DNA from: Streptomyces phage BillNye
DNA: 32,000 bases
Sequence record: NC_042105.1
Reading direction: 5' to 3' (one strand)
In this document: piece by piece, positions 28,150-32,000 of the stretch
How the letters are laid out: the number at the start of each line of letters is the position of its first letter
How positions within the stretch are numbered: the stretch's first letter is position 1
The notes under the pieces: model-generated
What the model was told of the DNA's origin: nothing
Database searches by the model: none
What the model saw: only the letters and a program-made list of their open reading frames with translations
Made by a program: the position numbers and the translations under genes

Positions 28150-28911
28150 ATGAAGATTATGGTTCTGGGCGACACCCATGGTGAGGGCAAGTTCCTCCGC
28201 AACATGGTCAATAAGGCCAAGCGTGAGGGAGCCGAGAAGATTGTCCAGGTTGGGGATTTCGGTCTGTGGGACCATGAAGAGGATGGCGTTCGATTTCTTG
28301 ACTGGGTGAACGAGGCCCTGCGAGAGACTGGGATTAAGCTGTACTTTGTGGGAGGCAACCACGAGAATTGGGACAGGCTCGACTGGTACGAGAAGAATAA
28401 CCCAAAGACTTATCGTGGTCTGACCTTTATTCGCAGCCACATCCTTTACACAGGCCGCGTGAAGCGCTGGCAGTGGGACGACAAGTGGTTCCAGGCGGTT
28501 GGTGGAGCTGTCTCCATCGACAAGCAGTGGCGTACTCAGGGCAAGAGCTTCTGGGCACAGGAGCAAATTCCTGAGCGTGTCGTTTATGGTCTGGAGCAGG
28601 CTGGCCGCAGGTCGGATTATCTATTTACTCACGACGCGCCTAGCTGCGTTCCGATGGGGAATCTCAAGCCAGATGCCGACTCCGCTGCCCACCGTCAGCT
28701 CATGGACCGAATCGGGCGGGTTGTTCGCCCGAATCTCTGGTTCCACGGTCATTACCACAAGTGGATGGAATACAGCTTTATGCACCAGGATGGTTACTCC
28801 TTTGTGTATGGGCTTGACCGGGATTACCAGTTCTACAACTACGTTATTCTCGACACCGAGACTGACAACGTGAAGACGGCAACTGGTAAGATTATTGAGC
28901 ACGGAAACTGA
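28150..28911 (+). CDS. calcineurin-like metallophosphoesterase
   Basis: LGDTHGE, VGDFG, GGNHENWD, THDAP, HGHYH motifs in canonical order. Confidence 0.75.
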   Translation: MKIMVLGDTHGEGKFLRNMVNKAKREGAEKIVQVGDFGLWDHEEDGVRFLDWVNEALRETGIKLYFVGGNHENWDRLDWYEKNNPKTYRGLTFIRSHILYTGRVKRWQWDDKWFQAVGGAVSIDKQWRTQGKSFWAQEQIPERVVYGLEQAGRRSDYLFTHDAPSCVPMGNLKPDADSAAHRQLMDRIGRVVRPNLWFHGHYHKWMEYSFMHQDGYSFVYGLDRDYQFYNYVILDTETDNVKTATGKIIEHGN

Positions 28912-28916
28912 GCGTT

Positions 28917-28946
28917 TTGCCTTAGAATTTAATCCCGTGCTATAAT
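28917..28946 (+). promoter_or_regulatory. promoter with extended -10
   Basis: TTGCCT (28917-28922), 18-nt spacer, TGCTATAAT (28938-28946). Confidence 0.5.
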
Positions 28947-28956
28947 TTAATATACC

Positions 28957-28977
28957 GTTGACTACCTAGGAGTCAAC
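28957..28977. promoter_or_regulatory. near-perfect palindrome downstream of the -10 (candidate operator)
   Basis: GTTGACT-A-CCTAGG-AGTCAAC, 11 nt after TATAAT and 23 nt before ATG 29000. Confidence 0.4.
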
Positions 28978-28999
28978 AATTCAAGGAGGTGCAAAACAC

Positions 29000-29446
29000 A
29001 TGGCAGAAGAGAAGAAGGACGAGTTCAAGGTTCTTTCCGCCGACGAGCGTCGTGAGGCTGTAAAGCGTTCCGACGAAGAGGCTGCAAAGGCCGAGTACAA
29101 GCCACGCACAGCGCACAACGTTGTTGCCGAGGTTGGTCCTGTTGACGTTGAGGACGCTAACGAGCGTGCCAAGAAGGCTGGAGTTACCGACTCAGCTTTC
29201 GTTGACTACGAGGAGGCTCTTAAGAACTACGAGGGCCGTTCCGACATCGAGCCTCTAAAGGAGCGTCGTGCCCGTGAGGGTGGTCGTGACTTTAGCGATG
29301 CGGCTTTCCGTCGTCAGATTGGCGGTACGGATAATCCTGGCGTCGTATCAACTGACACGGCTGTAAAGACCGACGAGGACAAGAAGGCTGTTGCTGAGGA
29401 TAAGACCGAGGCAAAGCCAGCGACTCGCAGGGCTGCACAGAAGTAA
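29000..29446 (+). CDS. highly charged, low-complexity protein, 148 aa
   Basis: Perfect AAGGAGG SD. Lys/Glu/Asp/Ala-rich and probably disordered. Confidence 0.6.
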   Translation: MAEEKKDEFKVLSADERREAVKRSDEEAAKAEYKPRTAHNVVAEVGPVDVEDANERAKKAGVTDSAFVDYEEALKNYEGRSDIEPLKERRAREGGRDFSDAAFRRQIGGTDNPGVVSTDTAVKTDEDKKAVAEDKTEAKPATRRAAQK

Positions 29447-29464
29447 GCAACCCTCTTAAGCAGT

Positions 29465-29507
29465 AGGGCCGAAGATTTCGAAAGATTTCTTCGGCCCTAA
29501 GCTTTTT
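29465..29507 (+). repeat. GC hairpin + AAGCTT motif, copy 7
   Basis: AGGGCCGAAG...CTTCGGCCCT then AAGCTT (29499-29504) then TTT. Immediately upstream of promoter 29512. Confidence 0.6.
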
Positions 29508-29511
29508 GGTG

Positions 29512-29541
29512 TTGACATTCGCTTATGCAAAATGTTAACAT
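29512..29541 (+). promoter_or_regulatory. sigma70-like promoter
   Basis: TTGACA (29512-29517), 18-nt spacer, TAACAT (29536-29541). Confidence 0.55.
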
Positions 29542-29584
29542 AGTTGTACAAAGCACGATTAAGCAACTAGAAGGGTTTATTTTT

Positions 29585-29824
29585 ATGTCTCGACTCACTC
29601 TCGACTTCAAGGCCGCTCACAAGTTTGTGAATGACCAGCGTCGAATGGGCTCTGACATCCGTTGGGATGGCTACGATATCGTTATCTGGAAGCCGACCCA
29701 CTACGGTTTCACGAACAAGCGTGGGGCTTTCCGCAACGGTCGTTGGGGAATGGAAACCCGCGTGGTCGTCGGTAACGACGGTACATGGAAGGTCCCATTC
29801 AAGAGTGTCAAGTCTTCTCGATGA
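29585..29824 (+). CDS. hypothetical protein, 79 aa
   Basis: ATG 29585 chosen because the track start 29525 lies inside the promoter. Confidence 0.5.
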   Translation: MSRLTLDFKAAHKFVNDQRRMGSDIRWDGYDIVIWKPTHYGFTNKRGAFRNGRWGMETRVVVGNDGTWKVPFKSVKSSR

Positions 29825-30113
29825 ACTAGGAATTGACCCGGAGAATTTCGAATGGCAAGACCTGGCTCTGTGCGCTAACATGCCAACCGAGCTGTTCTAT
29901 GACAAATATGAGTCAGACAGCGAGACAGCAAAGGCCACCGACCAGGCTTGCCTTCGGTGCCCGGTCATGAGACAATGTTTTTTCGCCGGGTCCGATGGTG
30001 AATATGGAACCTGGGGTGGGGTATACTGGAACGGTGCTGGCAAGCCAGACAAGAACCGTAACTCCCACAAGACCGAAGAGGTCTGGGTAGAAATTCGTCA
30101 GAGGGTGCTATGA
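29805..30113 (+). CDS. WhiB-like (Wbl) Fe-S transcription factor
   Basis: Four Cys C-x31-C-x2-C-x5-C (LALC...CLRCPVMRQC) followed by GTWGGVYW turn and a basic tail. Start uncertain (GTG 29805). Confidence 0.75.
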   Translation: MSSLLDELGIDPENFEWQDLALCANMPTELFYDKYESDSETAKATDQACLRCPVMRQCFFAGSDGEYGTWGGVYWNGAGKPDKNRNSHKTEEVWVEIRQRVL

Positions 30114-30361
30114 GTAAGTACACTCCGACAGTCCAGAAAATCTTCAAGTCGATGAAGTGCCCAGTACAGGGCTTCATCGTGGATATCGTAGAATATCCAG
30201 ACTACCTTGCACTGCGTGTTTACAAGGACAACATCGAGTCTTTCAGCGAGCCGAAGAAACTGGCGGCTGCTGAATATCTCTATAAACTTAGAGATGCAAT
30301 TAGGTCCGAAGTCAACTGCCATATTCAGGGAGTCACCGATGCACCGCCTGGAAGACGATAG
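30110..30361 (+). CDS. hypothetical protein, 83 aa
   Basis: ATGA overlap with the WhiB-like gene. Confidence 0.5.
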   Translation: MSKYTPTVQKIFKSMKCPVQGFIVDIVEYPDYLALRVYKDNIESFSEPKKLAAAEYLYKLRDAIRSEVNCHIQGVTDAPPGRR

Positions 30362-30539
30362 GGAAATCTACCAGCTCATCTACATCATCGATGATGGTGT
30401 GTATGGCGTACTGCTTAGCGAGGGAGCTTTTGCCTCGAAGGTGCGGTACACGGCCGGTGGAATTGAATACGATGGTGTTTACGTCGGGAACGATGAATTC
30501 CTTACGCTGGACACTCTGACGGAATACGAGGAAGTTTGA
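30339..30539 (+). CDS. hypothetical protein, 66 aa
   Basis: ATG 30339 after AGGGAG. Overlaps the upstream gene end by 23 nt. Confidence 0.45.
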   Translation: MHRLEDDREIYQLIYIIDDGVYGVLLSEGAFASKVRYTAGGIEYDGVYVGNDEFLTLDTLTEYEEV

Positions 30540-30778
30540 TGGTTTGTAGTTCCTGCGGCAAGCAGCGAAATGAACTCAGCGCTCGCAAGTCCAAGTTGAT
30601 GGCGAATGTGCCTCTATTTCTCTGCACCGATTGCATTAAGGGAAAGATGGAGCCACGCTACCTCATCATCCTGGTCGGACGGGCTCAAGGACCTGAGAAG
30701 GTCGCGGAGTATATCCGCAATAATCGGTATCACAATGCCGAGAGCAAGCCGATTCTGGCAAGCGAACTGATTGCCTGA
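30539..30778 (+). CDS. zinc-ribbon protein, 79 aa
   Basis: CSSCG...CTDC pairs. ATG 30539 shares one base with the upstream TGA; alternative TTG 30536. Confidence 0.5.
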   Translation: MVCSSCGKQRNELSARKSKLMANVPLFLCTDCIKGKMEPRYLIILVGRAQGPEKVAEYIRNNRYHNAESKPILASELIA

Positions 30779-30786
30779 ATTACCAT

Positions 30787-30818
30787 AGGGAGGTCTTCGG
30801 ACCTCCCTAAAGCTTTTT
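30787..30818 (+). repeat. GC hairpin + AAGCTT motif, copy 8
   Basis: AGGGAGGTC-TTCG-GACCTCCCT then A-AAGCTT (30810-30815) then TTT. Confidence 0.6.
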
Positions 30819-30882
30819 GCATCTTCACAATTGGTGACTGTGGCAGATGGACTTTTAAGTGACTGCAAGTTATACTTAAGGC

Positions 30883-31308
30883 ATGTTCAGAGTTGGATTT
30901 GTAAGAAGGACTGCTATTCGTCCGATGGATGTAGTTGAAGGTATCCTTACCACGACTATGTTCCTGCACGGTGTATGGCTCGTGTCGCCCTTCTTCAAGC
31001 CAAGCTCCTCAGCAAGTGCCCTAATCTTGCAGGGCGAATCTGGTCTCCCCCAGATAATTGGTCTTACTCAGGTCGCGGTAGCGGGAGTCCATCTTTACAG
31101 CCTTCTTCGAAAGCCCGTGAAGCAGGAGGTGATTCGTCGGGGGGCCATGTTCTTCATGTTTACCCTCTATCTGTTCTACGGAACGTCGTCTCTAATCCTG
31201 TTTGGTCTAGGGAAGGTAAACTGGGTAACCACATTCGCGCTGGCTTTCATTGCAGCGGTGGTTTACCTAAGACTAAAGTGGGAGGTGAGCCACGATGCCA
31301 GAAATTAA
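30883..31308 (+). CDS. integral membrane protein (about 4 TM), 141 aa
   Basis: Four hydrophobic stretches, for example GILTTTMFLHGVWLV and VTTFALAFIAAVVYL. Confidence 0.55.
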   Translation: MFRVGFVRRTAIRPMDVVEGILTTTMFLHGVWLVSPFFKPSSSASALILQGESGLPQIIGLTQVAVAGVHLYSLLRKPVKQEVIRRGAMFFMFTLYLFYGTSSLILFGLGKVNWVTTFALAFIAAVVYLRLKWEVSHDARN

Positions 31309-31606
31309 CCAGGCGTGGCTCGCTTTGTTCGCAGCGCTTCTTGGAGGTTCTGGTCTTAAAGTCATCGAGTATTGGCTGAATAGGTCCAAGACCCAGGATG
31401 ACTCGGCGGCGGCTATGCGCACAGAGTTGCGGGAAGAAGTTCGGAGCCTGCGCGAAGAATTGCGAACCGTAGAGGAGCAGCTTGACCTGTGGCGGGGCAA
31501 GTATTACGAACTCATGGATGAGTTTATGAAGGCCAAGGGAGACCTTGCCGAAGCTGTTCGCCAGCAGCAGCGGATTCTAGAACGTCCGCCTAACACTGGT
31601 GACTAA
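31295..31606 (+). CDS. membrane-anchored coiled-coil protein, 103 aa
   Basis: GGGAGGTGA SD. N-terminal TM (AWLALFAALLGGSGL) then heptad-like REEVRSLREELRTVEEQLD. Confidence 0.55.
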   Translation: MPEINQAWLALFAALLGGSGLKVIEYWLNRSKTQDDSAAAMRTELREEVRSLREELRTVEEQLDLWRGKYYELMDEFMKAKGDLAEAVRQQQRILERPPNTGD

Positions 31607-31620
31607 TAAAAAAGAATATA

Positions 31621-31917
31621 ATGGGGGTGCCACTTTTGGCATTTTATGAAATTGCAAATTTCTGGTACGATGAGGAAACCGGCAACGTGTTCCTCAACAT
31701 CAGCAAGAGCGTCGATGTCTCCTACCCAGTTGACCCTGAGTACGGAGAAGCCTCGGATTACTACGAGGCTCAGATTTATCTTGATGGTGGTCTTTCCCTA
31801 ATCGGAAAGAAGCGTCCAAGGAGCCTTGACGGTACTGTCTCTGGCGGTACCTACGGAAAGATTTCCAGCTCTCCGGATGCATCTGATTTTCTGCCTCTAG
31901 CAGACGCTCCCGAGTGA
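31621..31917 (+). CDS. hypothetical protein, 98 aa
   Basis: Only long plus-strand ORF here. No SD seen. Confidence 0.45.
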   Translation: MGVPLLAFYEIANFWYDEETGNVFLNISKSVDVSYPVDPEYGEASDYYEAQIYLDGGLSLIGKKRPRSLDGTVSGGTYGKISSSPDASDFLPLADAPE

Positions 31918-31919
31918 TG

Positions 31920-31948
31920 TTGACAGGCCCAACCCGGTCTGCTACCAT
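31920..31948 (+). promoter_or_regulatory. sigma70-like promoter at window end
   Basis: TTGACA (31920-31925), 17-nt spacer, TACCAT (31943-31948). Confidence 0.45.
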
Positions 31949-32000
31949 ATAATCAGAAAGGGAAAGCCAATCGCCCTAAAGGGTTGGCGACTTGCCCCAG

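Noticed and set aside
31616-31623. TATAAT overlapping ATG 31621 as a leaderless-mRNA promoter
   Set aside because: The hexamer overlaps the start codon itself, so transcription would initiate downstream of the ATG. There is also no -35 element at suitable spacing.
1-32000. CRISPR arrays, rRNA genes, transposase/IS elements
   Set aside because: I saw no regularly spaced direct repeats of 25-40 nt, no rRNA-like conserved stretches, and no transposase- or integrase-like ORF on either strand.

Overview
Gene-dense, almost entirely plus-strand window. It is about 53-55% GC in the 60-nt lines I counted by hand and looks like part of a large lytic actinobacteriophage genome. That call is an inference from WhiB-like and Lsr2-like genes, rIIA/rIIB, terminase, and a very large tRNA set plus a tmRNA. 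Layout: (1) 1-8.4 kb is a replication, recombination and nucleotide module: DnaE C-terminus, dUTPase, RecA-like ATPase, Cas4-like nuclease, RuvC-like resolvase, SLOG/DprA-like protein, GT25-like glycosyltransferase, DnaQ-like exonuclease, T4 gp1-like dNMP kinase. (2) 8.9-12.4 kb holds putative small and large terminase and a papain-like C1 peptidase. (3) 12.6-22.8 kb is a translation island with 24 hand-folded tRNAs and one tmRNA, arranged in cassettes with TTGACA-17/18-TAnnAT promoters and hairpin terminators. The cassettes are interleaved with small genes, an HNH endonuclease, an EEP nuclease, a YiiX-like peptidase, and a GC-rich (65-72%) island carrying the only minus-strand gene, an Lsr2-like protein. 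(4) 22.8-32 kb holds a TARG1/DarG-like macrodomain, rIIA-like and rIIB-like proteins, a metallophosphoesterase, a WhiB-like regulator and membrane proteins. Items most worth a second look: unexplained structured non-coding RNAs inside the tRNA operons (20644-20881, 22107-22188, 22271-22371); a recurrent intergenic 'GC hairpin + AAGCTT' motif (12 copies); the hairpin-dense, C-tract-rich GC island at 15347-16600; a short tmRNA with a non-canonical tag; an initiator-like tRNA; and a Cys-rich acidic extension on rIIB. All RNA folds, motifs and homology calls were made by eye from the sequence. No database search was run.
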